Assembly (NCBI GenBank): GCA_965243605.1
Contig: CBDEVQ010000100.1
Location: 45,888 to 109,887, forward strand
From: Flavobacteriales bacterium
Lineage (GTDB): Bacteria > Bacteroidota > Bacteroidia > Flavobacteriales > CAJXXR01
Reading direction: 5' to 3'
Length of the DNA stretch: 64,000 bases
The translations under genes and the position numbers were made by a program. How positions within the stretch are numbered: the first letter of the stretch is position 1; every line of letters begins with the position of its first letter. Below are positions 44,971 through 54,817 of the stretch, piece by piece. Below the pieces are notes generated by a model, which ran no database searches, was not told the DNA's origin, and saw only the letters and a program-made list of their open reading frames with translations.

Positions 44971-45575
44971 TATTTAAGCCTATTTATTTGTTTCTGAATC
45001 GTCTTAATATTTTCCTCTCTTGCAAGGTCTATTGCCACTTCTTCTAAGGTATAAGTATGTTGAACGTTGATACCAATAAATGATAGAATGGTTTTTAAAT
45101 AGTGGTCTTGAAATTCTAATTGTTCCAGAGACGTACCCTTATACTTCCCACCTTTTGCCGTAATAATATATGCGGACTTTTCGTTTAATAGACCTTCGTA
45201 ACCCTGATCACTTGTTTTGAATGAATGTCCTATTCTTACAACATGATCAAAATAGGCTTTTAAGCTTGATGGGATATTAAAATTGTACAATGGACTGCTT
45301 AGTAAAACATCATCAGCTTCTTTTAACTCTTCAATCAATAGATCAGATAAAGCTGTTGATTCCAACAATTCATTGGTAATATATTCCTTTGGAGTATAAA
45401 ACCCTTCAACCGTTTTGTTCGTAATGTGTGGAATTTGGGTTTTAGCTAAATCCCTATAAATAATCTTTCCATTCGGATTTAGTGTTAACCAATGTTCTTC
45501 AAAATGATCGGCCAAAGCCCGTGTGTAAGACCCTTTTATTCTTACGCTGCTGTCAATTCTTAATAATGTTTTCAT
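44970..45575 (-). CDS. azoR: FMN-dependent NADH azoreductase/quinone reductase
   Basis: LRIDSS, YRDLA, PLYNFNIPSSLKAYFD, GG.Y. Confidence 0.88.
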   Translation of the reverse strand: MKTLLRIDSSVRIKGSYTRALADHFEEHWLTLNPNGKIIYRDLAKTQIPHITNKTVEGFYTPKEYITNELLESTALSDLLIEELKEADDVLLSSPLYNFNIPSSLKAYFDHVVRIGHSFKTSDQGYEGLLNEKSAYIITAKGGKYKGTSLEQLEFQDHYLKTILSFIGINVQHTYTLEEVAIDLAREENIKTIQKQINRLK

Positions 45576-45603
45576 CTGTTGAGATTTTATGATTCAACAG
45601 TAA

Positions 45604-45630
45604 GACCATTAACCACCCAGAAATGTGACA
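45604..45630 (-). promoter_or_regulatory. ECF41-type promoter for azoR-cupin
   Basis: Minus strand TGTCACA-N16-GGTC. Confidence 0.8.
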
Positions 45631-45634
45631 TAGT

Positions 45635-46462
45635 TTAAGAAATAGATTTTAATTTTTCTGGATCTAAAACTGCGTAGATATTAATAATGTGGTTATTTTG
45701 AATTTCAAAAACCTGACATGTTTTTAGTTTACCATTGGTATAAAATAGTAGAGCTGGCTGAAAATTGACTTCTGAAATAACGACAGATTGTGATTTCTGG
45801 AACTTATTAAATACAAATGACAATAACTCTAAAGTCATCTGTTTACCTGTAGTAAACTCACGAACAACTTTAACCACTTTTCCTCCGTCTGCATATAAAG
45901 ACACATCTTTAGATAATAATTTCTCCAACAGCTTTGTATCACCTTTCTTAATCGCTTGAATATAGCTTTGCATATAAGATGAATCTTCAGAGGTGTAATC
46001 AGAATTTTGATACCCAGTATTGTTTTCTAATTTCTGTTTTCCCCTACTCAGTAATTTCCTCGAATTATCTACACTCGTACCCATTATTTCAGAAATTTCT
46101 GAGTGGCTATAATTAAAACCTTCTTTCAAAATAAAAACAGCTCTTTCGTTTGGGTTTAATAGTTCTAAAAGAATCATTAGAGAATAAGAGATATATTCTC
46201 TTCTATTAAGGTTTGTATCTGCAGATTCTGTAGAAATAGGTTCTGGTAGCCAAACGCCCGTAACATGTTTATGGTTTCGCTTTTTTAAGTTAATAGATTG
46301 ATTGATGACCGATTTTATGAGATAGGCCACTTTGTTGTTAATGTGTTTATTTTCAGATGTCAATGATTTAATAATGACATCCTGAATAACATCTTTAGCA
46401 TCTTCTACTGAACCTAAAATATTATAGGCGTAAGGAAATAATGTGTTTTGGTAATTATTCAA
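45635..46462 (-). CDS. ECF41 (SigJ-like) sigma factor with SnoaL-like C-terminal extension
   Basis: AYNILGSVEDAKDVIQD, WLPEP linker, ERAVFILKE, ADGG, DPEKL. Start re-assigned to TTG 46462 because the ORF-track start (46489) overlaps its own -10 element. Confidence 0.9.
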   Translation of the reverse strand: MNNYQNTLFPYAYNILGSVEDAKDVIQDVIIKSLTSENKHINNKVAYLIKSVINQSINLKKRNHKHVTGVWLPEPISTESADTNLNRREYISYSLMILLELLNPNERAVFILKEGFNYSHSEISEIMGTSVDNSRKLLSRGKQKLENNTGYQNSDYTSEDSSYMQSYIQAIKKGDTKLLEKLLSKDVSLYADGGKVVKVVREFTTGKQMTLELLSFVFNKFQKSQSVVISEVNFQPALLFYTNGKLKTCQVFEIQNNHIINIYAVLDPEKLKSIS

Positions 46463-46484
46463 AATAGATGGTTTAAATATATAA

Positions 46485-46511
46485 GACAAACAAGTTAATT
46501 AAAACGTGACA
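46485..46511 (-). promoter_or_regulatory. ECF41-type autoregulatory promoter
   Basis: Minus strand TGTCACG-N16-TGTC. Confidence 0.75.
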
Positions 46512-46691
46512 TATTAGAGAAATATTAATTTTAATATCATACGCTCAAAGCAAAGAATTCATCAGAGTAAATGTATATGAAAAGATCTAAAATCATATTA
46601 ACCATATTAATATTTCAGTATTATTAAATGACCTATATATCATTCCTGTAAAACCTTATAAACAATTGTATTGTACACCATAATTATACAA

Positions 46692-47677
46692 AATGACTAT
46701 CCGCTTGTTTACCTAAATCATTAACTTGGTAATAATCTTAAATCTATCCTTTATATATCTTGTATTTAATTTGAAACAAAACTCGTCAAGATATTGCTTT
46801 AAATATTCTTTAGTAATGCAATGATAAATACCTAATAAATTTCTTTTTAAGTTAGAAATATTAATATGAATCCATTTTAGATTTGTGTTCCATATTTTAG
46901 GTGATATTTCTTGAATATGATTCTGTACAAACCGCTTTAAATCAACATAGCTTTTAGATTTATCCGTAAATAAAATAGCATCTGGATCGATGTGTTTATG
47001 TACGAGTTTATTAATGGATTCTTTTTTCTCATTATCAAGGATATTCATTTTAATAAGGCCTAATCTCTTAGAGGTTTTCCCTTGAGCATCTTCTAAAATC
47101 ATAGATTCATTCATTACCGATATAGCTTGCTTCTTTTGACTCCCTTTACCTCTTTTTAATTGGGTTATAGATGTTGTTTTACTGGATATTGAAACAAATG
47201 CTTCATCCATTTCAACCATATCCTTTAATCGTTTTTGAGAGGTTAGCTTGGACATGCTTACACGTATTTTACGCATAAGTATTAAAATAGGCTCATAACG
47301 TGTATGCCCTAATTGTCTTTGGATTTCTAGAGCTGAAAATCCCTTTTTAGTACTTGTCATAAGATGGGTAACAAGATACCAATATTGAAAGGGAAGTTTA
47401 CTATTTTCCATTATAGTTCCACTCTTTAACGTGGTTCTAAAACGACAAGATACACATTCAAACTGTTCTTTTATATCTAACCATTTATGGCTAAGACCAG
47501 AACATTTCTTGCAGACAACACCATGGCGTAAACGTAGATCACGCCAATGGAGTTTACAACTTAATTCATCTGGAAATGTAGTGTGAAACGATAGTAAATT
47601 CATCTTAATAATTTCTTACCAATTTACAGGACTTATTGGACAGTTTATGTCAATGGGTAAACTAACGGATAGTCATA
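46692..47677 (-). mobile_element. IS1595-family insertion sequence, copy 2 (986 bp)
   Basis: Same TIRs and length as copy 1; own 8-bp TSD TTATACAA at 46684-91 and 47678-85. Confidence 0.95.
46713..47603 (-). CDS. IS1595-family transposase, identical protein to copy 1
   Basis: The 296-aa translation is identical to 34688..35578. Confidence 0.95.
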   Translation of the reverse strand: MNLLSFHTTFPDELSCKLHWRDLRLRHGVVCKKCSGLSHKWLDIKEQFECVSCRFRTTLKSGTIMENSKLPFQYWYLVTHLMTSTKKGFSALEIQRQLGHTRYEPILILMRKIRVSMSKLTSQKRLKDMVEMDEAFVSISSKTTSITQLKRGKGSQKKQAISVMNESMILEDAQGKTSKRLGLIKMNILDNEKKESINKLVHKHIDPDAILFTDKSKSYVDLKRFVQNHIQEISPKIWNTNLKWIHINISNLKRNLLGIYHCITKEYLKQYLDEFCFKLNTRYIKDRFKIITKLMI

Positions 47678-47736
47678 TTATACAATGTATTGTTCGTGTA
47701 TAATTTTGCTATTCTGAAAATTATGAGTAATATTGT

Positions 47737-47750
47737 CGAATATTTATTCG
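47737..47750. promoter_or_regulatory. Putative TetR operator (autoregulatory)
   Basis: CGAATATTTATTCG between the TAATTTTG box (47701-08) and the likely GTG start. Confidence 0.7.
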
Positions 47751-47756
47751 TTTAAA

Positions 47757-48329
47757 GTGAGACACAAAGACAGCAACAAAGAAAATAGCATAATAGAAAA
47801 GACTTTAGAAATTGTCTATGAAACAGGAATTGCTGGCCTTAAAATGTCTATTCTTGCTAAACGCGTTGGTGTGTCTCCATCTACGCTTTATGTGTACTTT
47901 AAGACCAAAGAAGACTTAATAAACTCAATTGCATTTAAACTTATTAATCAAATATCCGAAAGCTTAGATCATGATATTGTAGCTGCTGGATCTTTTGAAT
48001 TAGCATTTAAAGCAAAATGGTTACACTTATTTAACTTTTTACTCAATAAAGAAAGAGAAGTTAATTTTTTAGACCAATGGAAGCAATCTCCATATTTTAA
48101 CAAAGAGTCTTTAGGTATTCTAAAAGATAATATGAAGGTGGCAAGTAATTTATTTAAAGATGGAAAAGAAAAAGGGATCTTAAAGGATTTAGATGATAAG
48201 ATTATTCATGCCGTGATGTCTGGAATTGCGAAGCAATTAATAGCACAAGTTAAAGAAGGTTTCCTCCAAATTGACAACCCGTCTATGGATAAGTATTACC
48301 AATTGGTTTGGGATGCATTAAAGAAATAG
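47757..48329 (+). CDS. TetR/AcrR family regulator
   Basis: HTH GLKMSILAKRVGVSPSTLYVYFKTKEDL; likely GTG start at 47757 (ORF track TTG 47733). Confidence 0.93.
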   Translation: MRHKDSNKENSIIEKTLEIVYETGIAGLKMSILAKRVGVSPSTLYVYFKTKEDLINSIAFKLINQISESLDHDIVAAGSFELAFKAKWLHLFNFLLNKEREVNFLDQWKQSPYFNKESLGILKDNMKVASNLFKDGKEKGILKDLDDKIIHAVMSGIAKQLIAQVKEGFLQIDNPSMDKYYQLVWDALKK

Positions 48330-48342
48330 ATTTTTTTTTGAC

Positions 48343-48370
48343 TAATAATCGAATATATATTCGATTATTA
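48343..48370. promoter_or_regulatory. Putative TetR operator upstream of doxX-RND
   Basis: Perfect 28-bp palindrome TAATAATCGAATAT-ATATTCGATTATTA. Confidence 0.75.
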
Positions 48371-48384
48371 AATATGAAATTGAA

Positions 48385-48410
48385 ATCAACATCAACATCA
48401 ACATCAACAT
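48385..48410 (+). repeat. Hexamer tandem repeat (ATCAAC)x4
   Basis: ATCAACATCAACATCAACATCAACAT. Confidence 0.9.
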
Positions 48411-48495
48411 AAGTAAAGCGCATATTACATGGACTATATTAATATATGTTTTTGGAAAATGCGAAATGTTTAATCTAACCTAAAATACCAGCACA

Positions 48496-48894
48496 ATGAA
48501 CAAAAACATAGATTTAGGATTATTAATCCTTCGTATTGCAATTGGAACATTAATGTTATTGCACGGTTTAGCGAAATTCAATGGACTTTCATTTATAGAA
48601 GGACTACTAACTAACAATGGGTTACCAAGTGTTTTGGCTTATGGCGTTTATATAACAGAAATAATAGCTCCCTTGCTCATCATCCTTGGATACCGAACTC
48701 GATTAGCTTCATCTATTTATGCTTTTGGAGTTTTGTTTGCCATGTTTCTAGTGCATTCAGCTGATATAATTTCTCTTAATAACCATGGAGGTTGGGGCGT
48801 TGAATTACTGGGGTTGTATCTGTTTGGAAGTATAACATTATTCTTTACGGGGAGTGGAGAGTTTGCTGTTTCTTCTTCACATAAATGGGATTAA
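48496..48894 (+). CDS. DoxX family membrane protein
   Basis: DLGLLILR..MLLHGLAK, E..APLLIILGYRTR, G.GEFAV; 4 TM segments. Confidence 0.9.
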   Translation: MNKNIDLGLLILRIAIGTLMLLHGLAKFNGLSFIEGLLTNNGLPSVLAYGVYITEIIAPLLIILGYRTRLASSIYAFGVLFAMFLVHSADIISLNNHGGWGVELLGLYLFGSITLFFTGSGEFAVSSSHKWD

Positions 48895-49066
48895 CTCTGT
48901 AGTTTTTTTTGAAAAACGGTCAAAATAATTCGTTGGCGACATGCTATTATTATCAAAAGCCATTAATGAATTATTAAAAACACAAGAGATAAAAAAGACA
49001 TAGATTTTCAATAAGTGGTCATTAAAGTATTGTAAACACCTCTTTTGATTTCAAATTATCATAAGT

Positions 49067-50197
49067 ATGAGAAAAATAATAATTGTGGTGGTAGGAATTG
49101 CACTATTAATGGGAGCTAACCTATTGTCTAACCACCTTAGCGATAGTAAAAAAATACCGACACAGAAATTAGAAAAAATTGTGAAAACGGTATTTGTTAC
49201 TGAAGTCGAGAACAAAAATATTCCAATTACTATTATTGCGAATGGAAACTTAGTTGCAAAACATAAATTGGAGTTATTTACTGAAGTGCAAGGTATACTT
49301 GAATCTTCGGGTAAAGATTTTCGTGCTGGAATACATTTTAATAAAGGGCAATCCATACTTAAAATTAATAGAGATGAATTTTATGCATCTTTATTATCTC
49401 AAAGAAGCACATTGGAAAACCTGATTGCTTCAATAATTCCAGATATTAAATTAGATCATTCAAAATCTTTTGAAAAATGGGACTCCTATCTTCAAGATTT
49501 TGATATTGATAAGATAACACCAGAACTTCCTGAGCCAATGTCTGGTCAAGAGAAGTTATTTGTTTCTGCTAAAAATATATACACAACCTATTATACGATC
49601 AAAAACCTAGAACAACGTTTAGGGAAGTATGATATTAAAGCACCATTTAATGGTGTAGTTACCGAAGCCAATGTTAACAACGGAACTTTAGTTCGTTCTG
49701 GACAAAAATTAGGTGAATTTATTAATACTGCAATTTTTGAGGTTGAATTATCGGTAAATGCAGAATACGCCTATTCAATAGAGAAAGGGCATTCGGTAAA
49801 ACTTCAAAATTTGAATAAGACTAAGTCTTGGTTAGGTAAAGTGGCTAGAATTAATGGAAAAGTAGACCGTGATTCTCAAACTGTACAAGTCTATGTAGAG
49901 GTAAAAGGTAAAACACTTAAAGAAGGAATGTATTTAGAAGCTGAAATATCTTCTAAAGGTGAACCAAATGCCATTGAAATAGATCGAAAATTATTGGTAG
50001 AAAATAAAGCGGTTTATACGGTGGTTGAAAATCAATTAAAATTAGTGGAAATACAACCTGTACATTTTAATCAAAGTACGGTGGTTGTTATTGGCTTAAA
50101 TAATGGCTCTCAATTAATCTCAAGACCAATTCCTGGAGCGTATGAAGGAATGCCTGTCAATATTTTTTCTACACAAAATAACAAGAAAATAGAATAG
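49067..50197 (+). CDS. RND efflux periplasmic adaptor (MFP)
   Basis: N-terminal anchor, lipoyl halves (EVQG.., IKAPFNGVV), LKEGMYL. Confidence 0.9.
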   Translation: MRKIIIVVVGIALLMGANLLSNHLSDSKKIPTQKLEKIVKTVFVTEVENKNIPITIIANGNLVAKHKLELFTEVQGILESSGKDFRAGIHFNKGQSILKINRDEFYASLLSQRSTLENLIASIIPDIKLDHSKSFEKWDSYLQDFDIDKITPELPEPMSGQEKLFVSAKNIYTTYYTIKNLEQRLGKYDIKAPFNGVVTEANVNNGTLVRSGQKLGEFINTAIFEVELSVNAEYAYSIEKGHSVKLQNLNKTKSWLGKVARINGKVDRDSQTVQVYVEVKGKTLKEGMYLEAEISSKGEPNAIEIDRKLLVENKAVYTVVENQLKLVEIQPVHFNQSTVVVIGLNNGSQLISRPIPGAYEGMPVNIFSTQNNKKIE

Positions 50198-50200
50198 GAT

Positions 50201-53200
50201 ATGAAAAATATTATTGCCTATTTCATTAAATACCCAGTAACCGTAAATATCATAATCATTGCTTTTGTGTTATTAGGAATTTTAGGGTATTCTAATTTAA
50301 AGTCTTCATTTTTTCCATTATCAGAATCTAACTTAATTTCGGTTACTGTTACTTATCCTGGAGCATCCCCTCAAGAAATAGAGGAAGGTGTTGTTTTAAA
50401 AATTGAAGATAATTTAAAAGGGTTAATTGGTGTAGATCGAGTAACGTCTACATCTTCGGAAAATGCCGCTACTATAACTGTGGAAACCTTAAGAGAATAT
50501 GACATTAATATCATATTAACTGAGGTTAAAAATGCCATAGATAAGGTTCCTAATTTTCCTGTAGGTATGGAACCTGCAGTTGTTGCAAAGGTAGAAAACG
50601 TTGCAGAAACAGTTAGTTTTGTTGTTACAGGAGAAAATATCAATTTAAAATCTCTAAAACAAATTACTAGAGGAATTGAAAGTGATTTAAGGAGAATAGA
50701 TGGAATTTCTCAAATTGCAATTTCTGGATATCCAGATGAAGAAATAGAAATTGCAGTTAAAGAGAACGATTTATTAGCCTATAATATTTCTTTTCAAGAA
50801 GTAGCTCTAGCCGTATCTACTGCCAATATAATTACAACAGGTGGGTCTATTAAAACCAATGCGGAGGAATATTTAATTCGAGCAAATAATCGGTTTTACT
50901 ATGGAGATGAATTAGATAATTTAATTGTAAAAGCAGAGGCATCAGGTCGAATAATAAGACTTAAAGATATTGCTCAAGTCACAGATCGATGGAATGAAAA
51001 TCCAAATAAAATCTATTATAACGGGAATTTAGCGGTTCGAGTACAAGTAAGTAATACAAACAATGAGGATTTACTGACTTCGGCTCATAAAATTAACGAA
51101 TACATTGATCTTTTTAATCAACAACATGATAATGTTGTCATCGAAATTACTAGAGATTCATCTATTACATTAAATCAAAGAACAGAACTTTTATTTAAAA
51201 ATGCATGGCAAGGTATGTTGTTGGTTATGTTGTTTTTATCATTGTTTTTACGACCAAGGTTGGCGTTTTGGGTGGCCGCTGGATTACCAATTGCATTTTT
51301 TGGAATGTTTATGCTTGCGAGCTATTTTAATGTAACGATTAATGTTTTATCTCTGTTTGGGATGATCATTGTTATCGGAATATTAGTGGATGATGGTATC
51401 GTAATTTCTGAAAATATTTATCATCATTATGAAATGGGTAAAAACCCAATTCGTGCTGCAATAGATGGTACAATGGAAGTTATTCCTCCAATTATTTCTG
51501 CAATAACAACTACAATTCTCGCCTTTTCATTATTCTTCTTTTTAGATGGAAATATTGGAACATTTTTTACTGAAGTTGCGATTATAGTCTCCATTACATT
51601 ATTCATATCTCTTATTGAAGCTTTAATTATTTTGCCTGCTCATGTTGCCCATTCTAAAGCACTTGATAGAAATCAAAAATTATACGCTTTCAACAGGTAT
51701 GCAGAACAATTTATGGATTTTATGCGCGATAGATTATACGCCCCTTTATTAAGGTTTTTGTTGGGTAATAAGTTCTTTGGATTAGTCATACCAGTAGCAT
51801 TATTATTAATTACTATTGGGGCATTTCAAGGTGGTATTATTAGAGGGGCGTTTTTCCCTTCTATAGCAAGTGATCGTGTGGCTATTAATTTAACGATGCC
51901 TCAAGGTACCAATGAAGAAATAACAGATCGTATTATTTCTGAGGTAGAAGAAAAGGTTTGGATAATAGAAAAAGAATTTACGGAAGCTTATGGGGTTGAT
52001 AGTCAATCTGTCGTGAGTAATGTTATTAAAAGAATAGGTCCAGGGTCATCAAGAGCTTCATTGAGTATCAATTTACAACCAGGAGAACTTCGTAGCTTCA
52101 GTTCAAGGGAAATATCTAATGCTATAAGAGACCGAGTTGGTTCTGTGTATGGTGTAGAATCTTTAACGTTTGGTTCTGGAGGGAATTTTGGAGGAAGTCC
52201 GGTTTCAGTGTCTTTATTAAGTAATAATATCACACAATTAAAGGCTGCAAAAAGTGAGTTGAAGTTAGAATTGTTAAAAAACCAGGAGTTAAAAGACATT
52301 ACGGATAATGATCCACAAGGAATTAAAGAAGTTAGAATAAAACTTAAGGATAATGCATACTTATTAGGTTTAACATTAAATCAAGTTATGCAACAGGTCC
52401 GAAGTGGTTTCTTTGGTCTACAGGTACAGCGTTTCCAGCGTGGACAAGATGAAATTAGAGTTTGGGTACGCTATGATAAAAAGGAGCGATCGTCTATTAA
52501 GAATTTAGATGATATGCGAATTAATACAAGTTCTGGAGTGAAAATTCCATTGTCTGAAATTGCAACTTATACAGTAGAGCGAGGAGAGGTTTCTATAAAT
52601 CATTTAGAGGGACGACGTGAAATAAAAGTTGAAGCCGATTTAAAAGATGCACAAGCTAGTGCAACAGATATATTACAAGATATTAGAACTAGGATTATGC
52701 CAGAAATAATGGCAAGACACCCCGAGGTAACAACCTTGTATGAAGGGCAAAATAGAGAAGCTTCTAAAGTGACAAGTTCTATAAGTGTTGCTGGACCCAT
52801 TATTCTTCTTTTAATCTATATCGTTATTGTATTTACATTTCGTTCTTATGGTCAGCCTTTAATGTTATTAATAATGGTACCATTTAGTTTAATAGGAGTG
52901 GCTTGGGGGCATTGGTTTCATGGTTTTGCTGTAAACGTATTATCTATGTTAGGTATTATTGCATTAATCGGAATTATGGTAAATGATGGCCTAGTACTCA
53001 TCAGTAAATTTAATGCGTTCTTGAAAGAAGGATTGAAGTTTGAAGACGCATTATATTCAGCTGGTAAATCAAGGTTTAGAGCCATCTTTTTAACAACAAT
53101 AACCACAGTTGCCGGGTTAGCGCCGCTTATTTTTGAAAAAAGTATGCAAGCACAATTCTTAATCCCAATGGCTATCTCTATTGCTTATGGAATTATTATA

Positions 53201-53359
53201 GCCACTTTATTAACCCTATTTACATTACCAATTTTACTGTCTTTATCTAATTATTTAAAGGTATATACCAAATGGTTATGGACGGGAAAAAAACCAAGTA
53301 GAGAAGAGGTAGAACGTGCTATTAAAGAAATGGCTACAAATCATGATGAGTTAAATTAA
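50201..53359 (+). CDS. RND efflux permease (AcrB family)
   Basis: YPGASPQEIE, GILVDDGIVISENI, RFRAIFLTTITT; 12-TM pattern. Confidence 0.95.
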   Translation: MKNIIAYFIKYPVTVNIIIIAFVLLGILGYSNLKSSFFPLSESNLISVTVTYPGASPQEIEEGVVLKIEDNLKGLIGVDRVTSTSSENAATITVETLREYDINIILTEVKNAIDKVPNFPVGMEPAVVAKVENVAETVSFVVTGENINLKSLKQITRGIESDLRRIDGISQIAISGYPDEEIEIAVKENDLLAYNISFQEVALAVSTANIITTGGSIKTNAEEYLIRANNRFYYGDELDNLIVKAEASGRIIRLKDIAQVTDRWNENPNKIYYNGNLAVRVQVSNTNNEDLLTSAHKINEYIDLFNQQHDNVVIEITRDSSITLNQRTELLFKNAWQGMLLVMLFLSLFLRPRLAFWVAAGLPIAFFGMFMLASYFNVTINVLSLFGMIIVIGILVDDGIVISENIYHHYEMGKNPIRAAIDGTMEVIPPIISAITTTILAFSLFFFLDGNIGTFFTEVAIIVSITLFISLIEALIILPAHVAHSKALDRNQKLYAFNRYAEQFMDFMRDRLYAPLLRFLLGNKFFGLVIPVALLLITIGAFQGGIIRGAFFPSIASDRVAINLTMPQGTNEEITDRIISEVEEKVWIIEKEFTEAYGVDSQSVVSNVIKRIGPGSSRASLSINLQPGELRSFSSREISNAIRDRVGSVYGVESLTFGSGGNFGGSPVSVSLLSNNITQLKAAKSELKLELLKNQELKDITDNDPQGIKEVRIKLKDNAYLLGLTLNQVMQQVRSGFFGLQVQRFQRGQDEIRVWVRYDKKERSSIKNLDDMRINTSSGVKIPLSEIATYTVERGEVSINHLEGRREIKVEADLKDAQASATDILQDIRTRIMPEIMARHPEVTTLYEGQNREASKVTSSISVAGPIILLLIYIVIVFTFRSYGQPLMLLIMVPFSLIGVAWGHWFHGFAVNVLSMLGIIALIGIMVNDGLVLISKFNAFLKEGLKFEDALYSAGKSRFRAIFLTTITTVAGLAPLIFEKSMQAQFLIPMAISIAYGIIIATLLTLFTLPILLSLSNYLKVYTKWLWTGKKPSREEVERAIKEMATNHDELN

Positions 53360-53369
53360 AACTGTAAAA

Positions 53370-54677
53370 ATGAAAACACTACTTTTTATTAGTTTAGGAT
53401 TTTGCATTGTATTAAATGTATTTTCTCAAGATATTCTTACTATAGAAGATGCTATATCAGCTACATTGAAAAACAATTATGATATACAATTGTCTAAGAA
53501 CAATGTATTGGTAGCTGAAAATAATAAAAGTATATATAATAGTGGGTATTTGCCGTCAATAGAAGGAACATCAAATGTCCAATTTAGCAATAATGATGCT
53601 GAGACTACCTTTGAGGATGGTTCGTTAAATTCAATTTCTGGTGCCGAATCAAGAAGTTATGGGGCCTCTATTGGATTTAATTACACCATTTTTAATGGAC
53701 TGAACCGATTACATGCATTTAATAGACTTAAAGAGCAGTTTAATTTAACGGAATTACAAGCCAGAGAGGTTATTGAAGAAACCATAATAAGCCTATCAGA
53801 AGCGTATTATGAAGTAGCAAGATTAACTGAAAATGTGGTCACTCAAGAAGAAATATTAAACGTGTCTAAGCAACGATTAACACGTGTTAAATATAATGTT
53901 GAGTATGGACAAGGGACAAGGCTAGATGTCTTAAATGCAGAAGTAGATGTCAACAACGATAGTATTTCTTATTTGGACATAAAAAGGCAGTTAACAAATG
54001 CGAAAAGAGATTTGAATGTTGTTTTAGGTAAAAATGTTAATGCCACATTAAAAATTGATACCACAGTTACCTATGCGATTAATTTAAAACTAGAAGCGTT
54101 AATTAATCAAGTAAAAACACATAATGTAACCCTCCTTCAATTTAAGAAAAATATTGAGTTGAGTCAATATGATCTTAAAATTAACAAATCAAGTTGGTTA
54201 CCTACAATTGGGGTAAATGGTACTTACGATTGGACAAGTAGTAATAACGACGCAACAAGTCCTTTTAGTCCAGTTAAATCTACTCGAAATGGTTTTAATG
54301 CTGGCTTAAATTTATCCTGGAATATTTTTGATGGAGGTAGAAACATTATTAATGTACAGAACGCAAAAATAGCCATAGATAACCAAAATATACTGATTGA
54401 ACAATTAGAAGATGCTTTAGATAGAGACATTAATAATGCTTGGGAAACATACCAAAATACAATGTTTACCTTAAAAGTACAACAGTCAAATGTATCTACC
54501 AATAAGCATAATTTCGAACGTACATCACAACAGTATAAACTAGGGCAAGTAACATCAATTGATTTTCGTCAAGCACAAGTAAACTTAAGCAATGCGGAAT
54601 TAAACTTAAGTCAAGCTAAATATAACCTGAAAAACCATGAGTTAAGATTATTACAGTTAGCAGGAATGTTATTGTAA
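53370..54677 (+). CDS. TolC family outer-membrane protein
   Basis: Signal peptide; two OEP repeats (YLPSI../WLPTI.., YTIFNG/WNIFDG). Confidence 0.92.
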   Translation: MKTLLFISLGFCIVLNVFSQDILTIEDAISATLKNNYDIQLSKNNVLVAENNKSIYNSGYLPSIEGTSNVQFSNNDAETTFEDGSLNSISGAESRSYGASIGFNYTIFNGLNRLHAFNRLKEQFNLTELQAREVIEETIISLSEAYYEVARLTENVVTQEEILNVSKQRLTRVKYNVEYGQGTRLDVLNAEVDVNNDSISYLDIKRQLTNAKRDLNVVLGKNVNATLKIDTTVTYAINLKLEALINQVKTHNVTLLQFKKNIELSQYDLKINKSSWLPTIGVNGTYDWTSSNNDATSPFSPVKSTRNGFNAGLNLSWNIFDGGRNIINVQNAKIAIDNQNILIEQLEDALDRDINNAWETYQNTMFTLKVQQSNVSTNKHNFERTSQQYKLGQVTSIDFRQAQVNLSNAELNLSQAKYNLKNHELRLLQLAGMLL

Positions 54678-54817
54678 TATTTTAATGCGGAGTATATAGT
54701 CATTGGAAAAATGATTTGTTTGCTGTCTTTTATATTATTCTAGAATATCAAATATAGAGGCTGGCATTTAAAAAGTAGTTTGAATAATTTGTTTAACTAT
54801 TAAAAACGATCGAGGAA

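Noticed and set aside
34659-47685. Historical composite transposon carrying lodAB
   Set aside because: The outer flanks differ (TAGTTTAA versus TTATACAA) and each IS has its own TSD, so the insertions were independent.
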